The notes under the pieces are model-generated. The model made no database searches. It was not told the origin of the DNA and saw only the letters and a program-made list of their open reading frames with translations. Both the position numbers and the translations under genes were made by a program. From a virus (taxonomy: Duplodnaviria > Heunggongvirae > Uroviricota > Caudoviricetes), in the IMG/VR virus record IMGVR_UViG_3300045988_156427: a DNA stretch of 64,000 bases, one strand, 5' to 3'. This document shows, one piece after another, positions 53,736-64,000 of the stretch (position 1 is the stretch's first letter; the number at the start of each line of letters is the position of its first letter).

Positions 53736-54734
53736 TTATCCGTTACCGCACGACGGTTTCTGCGTGATAAACGTCTCAAGCATCTTTTCCGCAATTGCCG
53801 ACCAGGTGTGACACTGGACCTTTTCAGCATTTTTCACGCGATCAACGCGAGCAATAACCTCATCCCAATCAATCCGCGACTTGATAACCATATGGTTCAC
53901 CAAAACCAAGCGATCTGGCGGAAGGCAATCGGGAGGCGTTAATACCAACGCCCCGCACATTGCCGCCTCAAGTACAGTTAATCCAAGGCTTTCGGGATGC
54001 GTAACGATAAACACGTCACTCTTACGCAATTCAGCTGCAAATTCGGTTGCTGGTACCGGCGTCCGTCTGTATGGGGTTACCGATATATTCCCCGGATCAA
54101 TGGTAATCAATCCGTCATCGGTCAACGTTCTGGCCTCATACGGAACGGTCAGACGCTGAAGGTTCATAAGGATACTTAAGGAGTGATCAAACCCACTAAC
54201 ATCAAATGCAGCGTGGTCTACAAAAATACGCAGAACATCGTCTGTTTTGGTTTCCAGATGGAACAGATCCTGATTCGCTGCCCATCCAACATGTTTGTTA
54301 AAGCGATTATGACGCTCTAACCTGCCTGGATTATCCAGGTACCGCCAGGTATCATCGCGGACAGTAAAAGTAATATCGACTGGTGCCGAATCCAGCATAG
54401 AACCGTCGTATACCTGGGCTACCCATCCAGTGAATCGACGACGCAGTTGCACGCCTATTTCCCTGGGCACCGTAGTAAAATACCGCAATCCTGGCGCTAA
54501 AATGGCTTTCGCAGAACACGAGGTCGCAGCGGTCAACACAGCTTCAACATAATCCTCCGGGCTTTCGACGCCAGGGGAATATGGACGATGGTATTGCAAT
54601 GTTACCCCTGCCTCACTAAAGGCGCAGGCCAGGTTATAAGCCCACATTTCCGTATATGTTTTCACATCACTGATAGCTTCAAATTTTCGCCCAATGATCA
54701 GGATGTTCATCGGCTTTTCCTCATTCCATTGCAT
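53736..54734 (-). CDS. Glycosyltransferase-like protein downstream of ban
   Basis: 332 aa; ESLGLTVLEAAMCGALVL resembles the GT-B (GT4) C-terminal motif. Confidence 0.5.
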   Translation of the reverse strand: MQWNEEKPMNILIIGRKFEAISDVKTYTEMWAYNLACAFSEAGVTLQYHRPYSPGVESPEDYVEAVLTAATSCSAKAILAPGLRYFTTVPREIGVQLRRRFTGWVAQVYDGSMLDSAPVDITFTVRDDTWRYLDNPGRLERHNRFNKHVGWAANQDLFHLETKTDDVLRIFVDHAAFDVSGFDHSLSILMNLQRLTVPYEARTLTDDGLITIDPGNISVTPYRRTPVPATEFAAELRKSDVFIVTHPESLGLTVLEAAMCGALVLTPPDCLPPDRLVLVNHMVIKSRIDWDEVIARVDRVKNAEKVQCHTWSAIAEKMLETFITQKPSCGNG

Positions 54735-56098
54735 TAATAATCCTCTTGCCAGTCAGCACCAGCATAGTTATCAAACCGTGAGTATTGGCCGTTAAAAGCC
54801 AATCTCACCGTGCCAATTGGGCCATTTCGTTGCTTTCCGATAATTACCTCGGCAATGCCCTTCATTTCGCTATCCGGGTGATAAACTTCGTCGCGATACA
54901 GAAACATGATCAGGTCTGCGTCCTGCTCAATTGCTCCTGATTCACGTAAATCTGAATTTACCGGTCGTTTGTCCGCACGCTGTTCAAGCGATCGATTAAG
55001 TTGTGACAATGCCACCACCGGTACTTGTAATTCCTTCGCCAACGCCTTCAGTGAGCGAGAAATCTCGGCAATTTCCAGCGTTCGGTTATCTTGCAGCTCG
55101 GGGACGCGCATAAGTTGCAGGTAGTCGATCATAATCATGCTCAAACCACCATTTTCTTTATAAACACGACGAGCGCGGGAACGAAGCTCTGTAGGTGTCA
55201 GGGCGCTTGAGTCATCAATAAAAATATTCTGCTTGTCCAACAGAATACCCATTGCGCCAGAAACCCGCGCCCAATCCTCGTCGTTAAGTTGCCCTGTCCG
55301 AATACGAGTCTGATCAACGCGTGCAAGAGAAGCCAGTGAGCGCATCATCAGCTGGTGGCTCGGCATCTCAAGGCTAAAAACCAATACGGGCTTATCGTTA
55401 CGAACTGCGGCATTTTCGACGAGATTCATCGCAAACGTGGTCTTCCCCATAGATGGGCGGGCGGCGACAATGATGAGATCGGACGGCTGAAGCCCTGCCG
55501 TCTTCTTATTGAGATCGGTAAATCCCGTATCAAGCCCCGTTACACCATCATGTGGTCGCTGAAACAACTCTTCTATGCGAGATACCGTTGCATCGAGAAT
55601 GCTGGCGATATCTTTTGGACCACTACCGCTCTTTTGTCGTTTTTCAGCTATTTCAAAAACGCGGCGCTCGGCCATATCCAGCAATTCATTGCTGCCCCTG
55701 CCATCCTGCGCATATCCAGCTTCGGCTATTTCATTTGCGACGGAAATCATTTCACGAACAACCGCGCGTTCACGAACGATATCCGCATAAGCACAAATAT
55801 TTGCCGCGCTGGGCGTGTTCTTTGACATCTCCGCAAGGTACGCAAAACCACCGGCGCGTTCTAATTTACCGTTCTGTTCAAGTGCTTCAGCAAGTGTTAT
55901 CAAATCAATCGGTTTGCCATGACTTAATAACCTCTCCATCTCACTGAAAATTTCACGATGAGCACTGGTATAAAAATCATCAGCAACTATACGATCTGCA
56001 ACTTCATCCCAGCGGCAGTTATCAAGCATTAAGCCACCAAGTACAGCTTGTTCTGCACTAAGGGAATTTGGCATGGATTCAAGAGGGGATGCAGACAT
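54734..56098 (-). CDS. ban: Replicative DNA helicase Ban (DnaB analogue)
   Basis: About 454 aa; Walker A GKTTFAMNLVENAA and high similarity to DnaB throughout. Confidence 0.92.
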   Translation of the reverse strand: MSASPLESMPNSLSAEQAVLGGLMLDNCRWDEVADRIVADDFYTSAHREIFSEMERLLSHGKPIDLITLAEALEQNGKLERAGGFAYLAEMSKNTPSAANICAYADIVRERAVVREMISVANEIAEAGYAQDGRGSNELLDMAERRVFEIAEKRQKSGSGPKDIASILDATVSRIEELFQRPHDGVTGLDTGFTDLNKKTAGLQPSDLIIVAARPSMGKTTFAMNLVENAAVRNDKPVLVFSLEMPSHQLMMRSLASLARVDQTRIRTGQLNDEDWARVSGAMGILLDKQNIFIDDSSALTPTELRSRARRVYKENGGLSMIMIDYLQLMRVPELQDNRTLEIAEISRSLKALAKELQVPVVALSQLNRSLEQRADKRPVNSDLRESGAIEQDADLIMFLYRDEVYHPDSEMKGIAEVIIGKQRNGPIGTVRLAFNGQYSRFDNYAGADWQEDY

Positions 56099-56384
56099 TA
56101 GCACTCCACCCAGGCGTGCTGAATGTCAGATATAATCGGCATACTCAAATCACTCCTAACGATATGAGTCATCACCAGAAAATCAGGATTAATGCGCCGG
56201 ACTCTTCCCGGCTGTCACACCGAATCGCCAGGATGGTGAATCCCTTTACCCGAGAAACAACAAACGGTGGCTTGCACATTCCGGCTACCTGGTTCGTTGC
56301 CTGAGCTAGGGGCAAGGTTCCCCCCTTTTAACGTCACCAGACCGCTAACGACGCATGTGCCAGACGCCGTGTTACAACCAAATA

Positions 56385-56460
56385 TGGTGGCCCCTACCGG
56401 ACTTGAACCGGTGACCGTGCGATTATGAGTCGCCAGCTCTAACCACTGAGCTAAAGGGCC
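56385..56460 (-). tRNA. tRNA with anticodon CAU (Ile2-lysidine type or Met)
   Basis: 76-nt cloverleaf: acceptor GGCCCTT/AGGGGCC, GCTCAGTGGTTAGAGC D-arm, GGTTCAAGTCC T-arm, encoded CCA. Confidence 0.85.
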
Positions 56461-56463
56461 GGA

Positions 56464-56571
56464 TTACTGTTTCCTGAGTGCTTCTATGACGCCAGCAATA
56501 CCGCCTACAACTATGCCAGCAATGACAACGAGAACAATTGGATGCTTGTCAGCAAAATCCCAGAAGCCCAT
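56464..56571 (-). CDS. 35-aa hydrophobic peptide (third gene of the tci-like cluster)
   Basis: ATG overlaps upstream stop (TGATG); one TM helix; ends 3 nt before the tRNA. Confidence 0.4.
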   Translation of the reverse strand: MGFWDFADKHPIVLVVIAGIVVGGIAGVIEALRKQ

Positions 56572-56735
56572 CACTGATCCTTAGAAGCTGTTTTTAATAT
56601 CGGCCATACCAATGTTACAGCTACTGCTACCAACGCCCCGTCGGATAAAACCGACAGGATTGTGCTGGTGAAATCCACCAGCACAGATAGCACGAGAAAA
56701 ACCAAAGCCAGAATTAGACGTGCTTTTATAACCAT
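56571..56735 (-). CDS. 54-aa hydrophobic peptide (second gene of the tci-like cluster)
   Basis: ATGA overlap with the TerB-like gene stop; one or two TM helices. Confidence 0.4.
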   Translation of the reverse strand: MVIKARLILALVFLVLSVLVDFTSTILSVLSDGALVAVAVTLVWPILKTASKDQ

Positions 56736-57160
56736 CAGATATACTGTTCCAGTGGCAATTGAAGAGCCTGGGCAATTTTCTTCAATTGCTCCTGCTCTTC
56801 TGCCCCAATGCCATCCTGGTCAGCAATATCAATGCATAGGCACAGAACATCTACCGCATCATTAGTTCCAGACACGTCAGCCAGTTCACGTAAAGCCTGG
56901 GCATTCGCTCGGCGCGGCGAGGCTTCATATTGAGCGCGAATATTGGCGCTCATCTGGGCAATTTCACCGGAGAACGGCGCAAAGGCAGGAAGTGCTGCAA
57001 TGGTTTTTTCCAACACTGCAATTTCTTTCGCATCGCAGGTGCCGTCAGAGTATGCAATGGAATATGCGCCCCAGACAGTCGCTTCCACCGCATCACGGTT
57101 TTCCATCTTCTTGACTCCGCCAGCCGCTTTGCGGAATTTCTTTTTGAGAATGCCGAGCAT
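56735..57160 (-). CDS. tciA: TerB-like tellurite-resistance-domain protein
   Basis: 141 aa; TerB-like helical domain with acidic C-terminus; TGAGG RBS. Confidence 0.6.
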   Translation of the reverse strand: MLGILKKKFRKAAGGVKKMENRDAVEATVWGAYSIAYSDGTCDAKEIAVLEKTIAALPAFAPFSGEIAQMSANIRAQYEASPRRANAQALRELADVSGTNDAVDVLCLCIDIADQDGIGAEEQEQLKKIAQALQLPLEQYI

Positions 57161-57301
57161 TTATTAACCTCATTACTGGTTGGGAAATAAGGTTGCGGTG
57201 CCGGGTGCTTCCCGGTGTCCTTTGGCTGGTTATCCACCATGGACGGGGAAATAAGGAGAAATAATGGACAGATATAACCATTTCCCCGCGTGCGCTTAGC
57301 C

Positions 57302-58086
57302 GCATTCACCGCAACGGAAAGAGCATTCCTGGTGGACCTGTAGATTGGGATATGAACCCGTTACAGGAGAATGCTCTTACCTGTTACGTGCTCCGTTTCG
57401 TGGAGCTAACGGCGGGTGATCGGGCCGCACCAGACTGGACTTATTTCAGCGTTATGCTCATGCCAGAGAATCAAACTGTGATGGTCGGTGCTGAACTCCG
57501 ACACAGGGTTGTAGCAAGCCCCGCAAAGCGCGCACTACTGTAGTTGCGGCACATCAGCCTGTGCATTCACCACAATGTTGAGAACACTGGTTGTCACGCT
57601 GCAACGCAACATTTATTCGTAGATTGGGATATGACCCCGTTACGCCAGTGTTCTCAACGTTGTAGTGCCGGTTACGGTTCCGGCCAGGCCTCTTCCTCAA
57701 CGGGGTGTTCTCCATACGGACTACCGTTTATTGGTCGTTCCTGCGGTTTATGTTGTGAAGCCAGATGCTTATCTTCTGGTTGCTTCAAAGAGCTGCACTT
57801 CATCACAACGGTAAGAGCACTCGATGCATTTAAGCCAAGCCCCATAAGGGAGAATGCCCTTACCTGTTGTGTTGTGATGACCGGTGCTGATCTCCGGCTT
57901 GCGGTTATTTCAGACTCTCACGGGCGTTTAATTGCCCCGCCGAACAGCTCTTTTCCGCAATAGCTGCAATGTCTTTCGCGCATCAGCCTGCGCATTCATC
58001 ACAACGGTAAGGGTACTTCGTAGGGATTCGAACCCTCTGCCAAGCTCGGCGATCTCCGACGTCGCAAAATACCCTTACCTGTTGTG
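57302..58086. repeat. Family of four long imperfect stem-loop repeats between tciA and the tRNA genes
   Basis: Related 18-25-nt arms pair at 57303-57328/57366-57392, 57571-57590/57644-57666, 57801-57818/57853-57875, 57997-58016/58066-58086; two loops share GTAGATTGGGATATGA(A/C)CCCGTTAC, one holds a T-arm-like GGGTTCGAATCCC. Confidence 0.5.
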
Positions 58087-58087
58087 C

Positions 58088-58163
58088 TGGTGCCGATTAA
58101 CGGACTCGAACCGCTGACATCCTGCTTACAAGGCAGGCGCTCTACCAACTGAGCTAAACCGGC
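58088..58163 (-). tRNA. tRNA-Thr (anticodon UGU)
   Basis: 76-nt cloverleaf GCCGGTTTAGCTCAGTTGGTAGAGC...CTTGTAA...GGTTCGAGTCC...CCA. Confidence 0.9.
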
Positions 58164-58165
58164 AT

Positions 58166-58241
58166 TGGCGATGGTGGATGGATTTGAACCATCGACCCGT
58201 TGATTAACAGTCAACCGCTCTAACCGCTGAGCTACACCATC
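58166..58241 (-). tRNA. tRNA-Asn (anticodon GUU)
   Basis: 76-nt cloverleaf GATGGTGTAGCTCAGCGGTTAGAGC...CTGTTAA...GGTTCAAATCC...GCCA. Confidence 0.9.
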
Positions 58242-58907
58242 ACTTGCCGGGTACGTCTCCGGCGAGGGCTTCCACCTCCGTATGCTTTTCGGCGCACCGC
58301 GCCCTGGCTGCAATTCGGTAACAGGGGATGCACAACCCTGGCTTCCAGCGTGATTAGCGCTTTCAGCATGACGGGATATACCCGTAAATTCGTGGAACTG
58401 TACCCAAAGTGCTGTTAAGCACCGCTGTTACGCTGAAAAGAAAACGCAACAGGAAAGGACGCTGACCAACAGATGGCCCCTTCTCGTTCATCTGGTTAAT
58501 CACACCAGCGCCCTTACCTGTTGTGCCTCCCCGTTCCCTAATACACAGACGGGGACACTCTGCGGTCGATTTTTTGACGGGGGACGACTCATACCCCGTG
58601 GCATCTGGCTTCTTAGGCCGCTACCATCATCAGATCATCGTTTGCATTTACTTTAATGGTCAGTTTCTAAACCGCCGCAAAGTCGCTAACCATGACGAAA
58701 ACCCTGAAAAAAAACGCCCACCCGAAGATGGGCAAACTGGAAGCTCGTAACGCACTTCGGAGTTGCCACTTAGGCGCATGGTCAACCTGGCAACTCGGTG
58801 GTTTGTCTGGGAGGACTAGGCCCAGCCATGCTTACCGCCGCGCCTGTCGCGGCTAACAGCTAAATCGCTCTATAAATCACGATTCATTGAGGCGATATTA
58901 CACTAAT

Positions 58908-58924
58908 AAATTTATTAGAGCAAT
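58908..58924. promoter_or_regulatory. C1 operator, perfect 17-mer (AAATTTATTAGAGCAAT), oriented toward the tRNA-tci-ban operon
   Basis: Exact reverse complement of the consensus; overlaps the dmt stop codon. Confidence 0.75.
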
Positions 58925-61179
58925 ATACCCAAAACGTCATGAGCTACACCTCGAGTGTCCCCCTTACAAGACACAGAACGTCTGGCAAAAAGAGGTTCCA
59001 CTCTGAAGCCACTGTCATGATAAAGCTCTCTGATGTTTGGCGCGCCACTGTTAGTAATGAGAACCTTTGCACCTCGACGATGAGCATCCGTCAACAGAGA
59101 CACCAGGCGTTTTTGCTCTTCAAACTTAAAGTCATGACCGGAATAGTTCGTGAATCCCTCTGTATTTGGAAGCGGTTCATACGGCGGATCGCAAAAGATG
59201 ACATCTCCTTCTCCGGCAGCTTCAATCACCGCTGCAAAATCACCGCATACAAACTCAGACCGCCCTTCCGCACCGAGGAAGGCTTCCATCTCCTGTAATG
59301 GGAAATACGGAGTTTTATACTTCCCATAACCGACATTGAACTCACCGGCCTGGTTGTAACGCGTCAATCCGTTAAAACAATGTCGGTTCAGGAACAAAAA
59401 CGCCGCTGCGCGATGTAAATCATCATAGACTTGTTTGTTAAACGCATTCCGTACTGCCAGGTATCCTTCCTGTGTGTTGTAGTCCTGGAAGAAACGATGT
59501 GCCAGAGTGATAAGTGAATGCGCCTCGCGTTGCAGAGTCTTGTAAAAGTTAATCAGGTCAGCATTCACATCATTTAGCAGATTTTCCTGGTATCCGGCAT
59601 TCATGAAGACAGCTCCGCCACCAACGAAAGGTTCAATCAGGCGCTTCCCTTCTGGCAAATAGCGAAAGATTTGTTCCAGAACACCAAATTTTCCACCAGC
59701 CCATTTGAATATGGACCGTTCGAATTCTGCCGCTGGTTTAACTTTTCGCTCTTTTGTTTCACTTCCTTCTTTCTGCCGACATACGGACTTAGTAATCCGA
59801 TCGCCAATCCAGCGCATTACTGGTATTGCCATACTATTGCCGATCGCTTTGTAACGCGGTCCGTCAGCTGCAAGCATCGCGGCCTCTTCTTCGCTTAAAT
59901 CTGGATAGTGATTGCGAAGATATGCCAGTTCATCTGAATTAACTTTTTTACGCTTTTCCGTCGGGATCAACGTATGCCCATCAGGAAAACCTTGCAGCCT
60001 TTCACATTCGACAGGGGTAAGACGGCGGACAGCTACTTCTGCGTTTCTTACTTCATAGCAAACAGCTGTTGGATTTTTAGCCATTAGAGATGGTGAAGTA
60101 TTCTTAGTTGCAGCATGTTGTGTACCGCTCATACGCTCAGGAAAAGCCAATGTAACAAGATGCTCATGGCTTTCTTGCTCACGTGCCCGCAATGTACCAT
60201 GCCCTTCTGACCAAAAACCTGCTCCTGTGCTGCTAAAAACGGCAAGGTCAGTGGCATCTTTAAAATCTCTTGCCTTTACTGTCGATGCGGTTTCATCGTC
60301 AATATATTCCCCAAATGCTGCCATCCTGAAAGCGTTTACGGCTTTCGTCGATTTCATACCGGGTGGCATGTCAGCGTGTAGGCATGGATTTAGGCTTTCG
60401 CCACTGATTGCAGCGCCATTTGCAATAATGGCGGAAGCGATTTCCTTCTTTTTTCGGCTCGGCGCAATATTCCGGCGCACGCCTTTGAACTCAAAAAGTA
60501 CCGTTGCGGGATCGAGGTCTGTTCGAGCACTTGCGACAACAAACACGCGTCGGCGTCGTTGTGCCACTCCGAAGTATTGGGCATCAAGGATTCTCCAGGC
60601 CACCTTTCGCTGCGGTCCATAAATACAACCACACTGCGGCCACTTTGGAGCATGGCAACCGGTTTTGCCATCCCACCGCCAGAACGCGTTACTTTTTCCT
60701 GATTCAGGTCGATCACCTGGTTCAAATGGCGCATCTTCTCCAGCCAATCCGGCAAGGAAACATCCGAAGGCGTTATCTGCCGATGACAGGACTCCTGGGA
60801 CATTTTCCCAGACGATAACTGTCGGTTTGAGGAAGGACTCAGACCGTTTGTCGTCAATTGCATTTGCAAGCTCCACATACTTCAAAGTTAGCGCGCCGCG
60901 TTCATCATCAAGCCCACCACGTAAGCCCGCGATACTGAATGCCTGACAAGGCGTACCCCCGACGAGCACATCAGGGGATTCGATTTCCCCAGCCAGGACT
61001 TTTTTGGCAAGTTTTGTCATGTCGCCAAGGTTGGCGACATGGGGCCAGCGGTGCGCAAGAACGGCAGATGGAAAAGACTCGATTTCAGCAAACCACACCG
61101 GACGCATACCCAACGGTTCCCAGGCAATACTCGCGGCTTCAATTCCACTGCAAACAGATCCATAGCACAGCTCTTTCAC
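58915..61179 (-). CDS. dmt: Dmt, fused C5-cytosine (Dcm-like) and N6-adenine (Dam-like) DNA methyltransferase
   Basis: 754 aa; [11 protein letters not shown] and ENV motifs N-terminal, FCDPPYEP motif C-terminal; GTG start overlapping hrdC stop. Confidence 0.85.
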   Translation of the reverse strand: MKELCYGSVCSGIEAASIAWEPLGMRPVWFAEIESFPSAVLAHRWPHVANLGDMTKLAKKVLAGEIESPDVLVGGTPCQAFSIAGLRGGLDDERGALTLKYVELANAIDDKRSESFLKPTVIVWENVPGVLSSADNAFGCFLAGLAGEDAPFEPGDRPESGKSNAFWRWDGKTGCHAPKWPQCGCIYGPQRKVAWRILDAQYFGVAQRRRRVFVVASARTDLDPATVLFEFKGVRRNIAPSRKKKEIASAIIANGAAISGESLNPCLHADMPPGMKSTKAVNAFRMAAFGEYIDDETASTVKARDFKDATDLAVFSSTGAGFWSEGHGTLRAREQESHEHLVTLAFPERMSGTQHAATKNTSPSLMAKNPTAVCYEVRNAEVAVRRLTPVECERLQGFPDGHTLIPTEKRKKVNSDELAYLRNHYPDLSEEEAAMLAADGPRYKAIGNSMAIPVMRWIGDRITKSVCRQKEGSETKERKVKPAAEFERSIFKWAGGKFGVLEQIFRYLPEGKRLIEPFVGGGAVFMNAGYQENLLNDVNADLINFYKTLQREAHSLITLAHRFFQDYNTQEGYLAVRNAFNKQVYDDLHRAAAFLFLNRHCFNGLTRYNQAGEFNVGYGKYKTPYFPLQEMEAFLGAEGRSEFVCGDFAAVIEAAGEGDVIFCDPPYEPLPNTEGFTNYSGHDFKFEEQKRLVSLLTDAHRRGAKVLITNSGAPNIRELYHDSGFRVEPLFARRSVSCKGDTRGVAHDVLGILL

Positions 61180-62081
61180 TGCTTAGCCTCTCCACCAAGG
61201 GCATTTACCAGAGCATCAACCAGGCACGAAATTTCACTGGTCAACAGGAAGAAATCTGCGTCCAGTCGCTGCGCAACATCTTCACTATCAATATCAGAGT
61301 TCTGCTCAAGCAATTCATCCGCAAATTTGACGCTGGTAAGGCTGAAGTTATGGTCCAGTGTAAATTTAATGCGGTTCTGCCAGTCGAGTGCCAACTTAGT
61401 AACGAGCTTGCCAGCTTCCAGGTGTGTGGAAATTTCATCGCTTCCCAAATCCTGCTTTTTCACCCGGGCAATACCGCCATCCTCAAGCACTGCCTTAAGT
61501 TCTGCCGCATCCCCCATTTGAAATCCCTGTGGAGCACTACCATCACGTACCCAGTCGGTCAGCGTTAATTCAATGGGATTTTCAACACTCAGGGGAACAA
61601 CAGGAAGAGAACCCAGAGACTTACGCATAAGCGCGAGCATATCCTCTGCCTGCCGCGCGCTGGCATTGATATAGATACGTTTAGTTGAACCGTCGTAGAT
61701 CGCCTGGATAACAGAAAACTTTGAAAAAGCCCGTGGCAGAAGAGAATGCAGAACTTCGTCTTTCAGGGAGTCCTTCTCTGTTTTCTTCAGTTTACGCGCT
61801 TGTTCTTGCTCAAGTTTTTCAATTTTTTCTTGAATAGCTCGCTGGATAACCGGCGGGGGAAGAATTTTTGTTTCGCGCTTTGCTTCAACAAGGATAAAAC
61901 CATTTCCATGCATAGCGATAACTTCGGAATTATCACCAAATGGAGATACAAAACCGAACTTGGCCATATCCTGACTACCGCATGGCGTGAAAAGGATCAT
62001 TTTCTTTTTATCTTCTAAGTCGGTCAGATCCGCCTCACGAGAAAGTTTATAAATAGTAATGTTTTTCCAGTGCTTAAACAT
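61176..62081 (-). CDS. hrdC: HrdC, RdgC-like recombination-associated protein
   Basis: 302 aa from internal ATG; RdgC-like along full length ([30 protein letters not shown]). Confidence 0.85.
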   Translation of the reverse strand: MFKHWKNITIYKLSREADLTDLEDKKKMILFTPCGSQDMAKFGFVSPFGDNSEVIAMHGNGFILVEAKRETKILPPPVIQRAIQEKIEKLEQEQARKLKKTEKDSLKDEVLHSLLPRAFSKFSVIQAIYDGSTKRIYINASARQAEDMLALMRKSLGSLPVVPLSVENPIELTLTDWVRDGSAPQGFQMGDAAELKAVLEDGGIARVKKQDLGSDEISTHLEAGKLVTKLALDWQNRIKFTLDHNFSLTSVKFADELLEQNSDIDSEDVAQRLDADFFLLTSEISCLVDALVNALGGEAKQ

Positions 62082-62358
62082 GTTGTAACCCTTGAATATC
62101 AACCACAGAAAGCTCGTCTTTGTAGAAAAAGGCCAGGTTGTGGCACCCCCTCGTTTGAGCGTATGAGCTGGGACCAATTTCGTTCTTCCAGACAAATGGC
62201 TTCAAATCCGTACGGCGAAGCATAAAAACGCGATTTGTTCCGCTCTGATTCCCAATGAGGCAAAAGCCTTCTTTCACCTTGATAGCCTGCAAGTTGTCGA
62301 GTTCACCGCTGGTTACACGGCTATCGAACTCTTTGCGGCTTATTAGCTCCATCTGCAT
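62074..62358 (-). CDS. Hypothetical protein upstream of hrdC
   Basis: About 94 aa from ATG 62358 with GGAG RBS; C1 operator upstream. Confidence 0.4.
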   Translation of the reverse strand: MQMELISRKEFDSRVTSGELDNLQAIKVKEGFCLIGNQSGTNRVFMLRRTDLKPFVWKNEIGPSSYAQTRGCHNLAFFYKDELSVVDIQGLQHV

Positions 62359-62429
62359 CTGACGACTCCAAACAAATGCCCATTGAAGGGCGATGGCTGA
62401 ATGGTACCGAAAATACGACATAAAAAACA

Positions 62430-62446
62430 ATATTTATTAGAGCAAT
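62430..62446. promoter_or_regulatory. C1 operator (ATATTTATTAGAGCAAT) in a divergent promoter region
   Basis: 16/17 to reverse-orientation consensus. Confidence 0.7.
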
Positions 62447-62527
62447 TTTGCAATAGTTGAACTCCGTGTAGACCACAAACAACCTGAGTTAAAATAACGA
62501 AAATCAGAGCAAATAATTGGTGATGAC

Positions 62528-62812
62528 GTGGCAAGTATTGCAACAAAAGACAGCATTTGTTCGGGGCACGGAGGATTCCCATCCAGGCCTCCTGTAGAGA
62601 GTGAACCACTACTTAAAGTCAACGGAGTCGAAGTGTTAGTTGATGGTAAGCAATATGCACAGCATACCGATGGAAACAGTACGCACGGTGGGCAAGCTAT
62701 ATCAACCAGGGCATGGTTTACCGTCAATGGTAAAGGGATCGTATGCGTTGGTGACCCTGTTTCATGCGGATCTACCGTAGCGTCCGGAGACGGCCTGGTT
62801 CAGGTAAGTTAG
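62528..62812 (+). CDS. PAAR-like domain protein
   Basis: 94 aa, Gly/Cys/His-rich (CSGHGG, DPVSCG); GTG start. Confidence 0.55.
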   Translation: MASIATKDSICSGHGGFPSRPPVESEPLLKVNGVEVLVDGKQYAQHTDGNSTHGGQAISTRAWFTVNGKGIVCVGDPVSCGSTVASGDGLVQVS

Positions 62813-62820
62813 GAGATATC

Positions 62821-63609
62821 ATGCTGGAAAAAGACTACCAGTTATCCGCATATAAAAAATTGGCCGCCGCCGGTGGGATGAAAACACCTGGTGCCATAAC
62901 ATCGGCACGAAACAGTGCTAACACGGCAAAACAGCTTGCAGAAGAATTGATCGGATTAATTTTGGATACAATTGTCTATCCCGACACTATTACCAGCTAT
63001 GTTTCAACGATCAGAACAACCACAACCGGCTTAACGAACATTGGAGAACTGGCAACTAAGCACGCGGACCTGTTGGCTGGTTATGCAGATCTGTCAATGC
63101 TGCTTCAACTCGATATTGGTTGGGATGTTTACTGCCGTGCTAATGAGCGAGAAGTATCAGAACTGCCGATCTCTATTGCCATTGGTGATGTGACTATTAC
63201 TAAATCGCTTGAGGACGCTGTAAACGCGCTTAATACATCAAGTTTAGTCGCTGCTATGGGGGAGATTAACCAGACCCTTAACACTGGCTCAGGAAGCTCG
63301 TCAGGCTCTGGTTCAGGCGGCGGCACTGCCACTCCCCCACCAGCACTAACAGAAGAGCAAATTGAATCTCTGAAAGTAGCAACTGAACAGTTTGAGGTTG
63401 TTTTCAACCAGACAACAGCGCCCACAACTGCGTTACAACAGCAGTATGAACGAGCGAATGAAAGCGCCAACGTAGCCATAACTGCTTATAACCATGCTAT
63501 CGGTACCGCGCTTGCGGAAGCATCAGCAAATAAGGCCAGCACAGCCAGCGCAGTTGCCGCTTTGGTTCCTGATTCTGTTCTTGATGAATTAAACAAAGCG
63601 GCACAGTAA
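62821..63609 (+). CDS. Hypothetical protein with a Gly/Ser-rich linker
   Basis: 262 aa from ATG 62821 with AGGAG RBS (track start 62764 overlaps the PAAR gene). Confidence 0.5.
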   Translation: MLEKDYQLSAYKKLAAAGGMKTPGAITSARNSANTAKQLAEELIGLILDTIVYPDTITSYVSTIRTTTTGLTNIGELATKHADLLAGYADLSMLLQLDIGWDVYCRANEREVSELPISIAIGDVTITKSLEDAVNALNTSSLVAAMGEINQTLNTGSGSSSGSGSGGGTATPPPALTEEQIESLKVATEQFEVVFNQTTAPTTALQQQYERANESANVAITAYNHAIGTALAEASANKASTASAVAALVPDSVLDELNKAAQ

Positions 63610-63648
63610 CAAAGGACTTCATTGATAATTTTTCTTCAGGAGGAAGAC

Positions 63649-64000
63649 ATGTCATTCTTTTCTACGTTAAAAACAGCTTTGTCTTTGAAGGAGAAACTTG
63701 CTGCTACTGGTGTTCTTGTTCTGATTTGCGCACTTGTTGGTGCTGGGTTTGCATGGGAACGTCATCAGCTAAAGCAAGCCATGGAGAAAATTGGCAGTCT
63801 TGATCAGGCTGTTAAGGAACGTGATAAGTCAATAATGGATCTTAACCAGGCCATTGAGACGATGAACAAAGCAGAGCAACATTTTCACAGCCAGGAAGTG
63901 AAAAATGAATCAGAACAAGCCAAGTATGCTGACAGGCAAATGGAACGAAAAGCTGAAGTTCAGAAACAACTGGTTGCGGCGGGTAATGTTCGCCAGCGTA
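63649..64000 (+). CDS. Partial CDS (5' end): membrane-anchored coiled-coil protein, continues beyond the window
   Basis: ATG 63649 after AGGAGGAAG RBS; N-terminal TM helix; no stop before window end. Confidence 0.5.
   Translation, partial: MSFFSTLKTALSLKEKLAATGVLVLICALVGAGFAWERHQLKQAMEKIGSLDQAVKERDKSIMDLNQAIETMNKAEQHFHSQEVKNESEQAKYADRQMERKAEVQKQLVAAGNVRQR

Noticed and set aside
57352-57963. Plus-strand ORFs 57352-57543 and 57544-57963 in the repeat region
   Set aside because: They run through the stem-loop repeats, have no RBS and Cys/Arg-rich low-complexity products; more likely non-coding.
58017-58065. Fourth complete tRNA gene
   Set aside because: Only a T-arm (GGGTTCGAATCCC) and acceptor-like 3' strand are present; no matching 5' acceptor strand or D-arm.
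57302-58086. CRISPR array
   Set aside because: Repeats are imperfect, of unequal length and spacing, and form inverted pairs; no cas genes in the window.

Overview
This 64-kb window reads as one contiguous segment of a P1-like temperate phage / plasmid-prophage, in reverse orientation relative to the conventional P1 map. Nothing here was checked against a database: all calls come from reading the sequence and the six-frame ORF track, and comparisons to P1 gene order are from memory. Recognised outright: Cre recombinase with an exact loxP site (28186-28219), Phd-Doc, C1 repressor and Coi with about a dozen C1-operator 17-mers, a Cin-family invertase beside an array of tail-fibre C-terminal cassettes, PacA/PacB with the TGATCA pac cluster inside pacA, DarB (2255 aa) and the lydA-lydB-hdf-darA-ddrA-ddrB operon, Lyz, SSB, portal and head protease, HumD with an SOS box, Hot, Ban (DnaB-like), Dmt, HrdC (RdgC-like), three tRNAs, TerB-like TciA, baseplate genes and about 20 small genes of unknown function. 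The best candidate for an undescribed system is a 1.3-kb AT-rich single-gene island (23375-24679) encoding a 434-aa SIR2-like protein, sitting between lxc and mat where P1 itself carries its type III res/mod genes. Other items worth a second look are a PacB paralogue with degenerate ATPase motifs, a family of long stem-loop repeats beside the tRNA genes, and small hydrophobic peptide ORFs. The ORF track uses TTG/GTG as well as ATG starts; where a start was moved it was shifted by whole codons to an internal Met.
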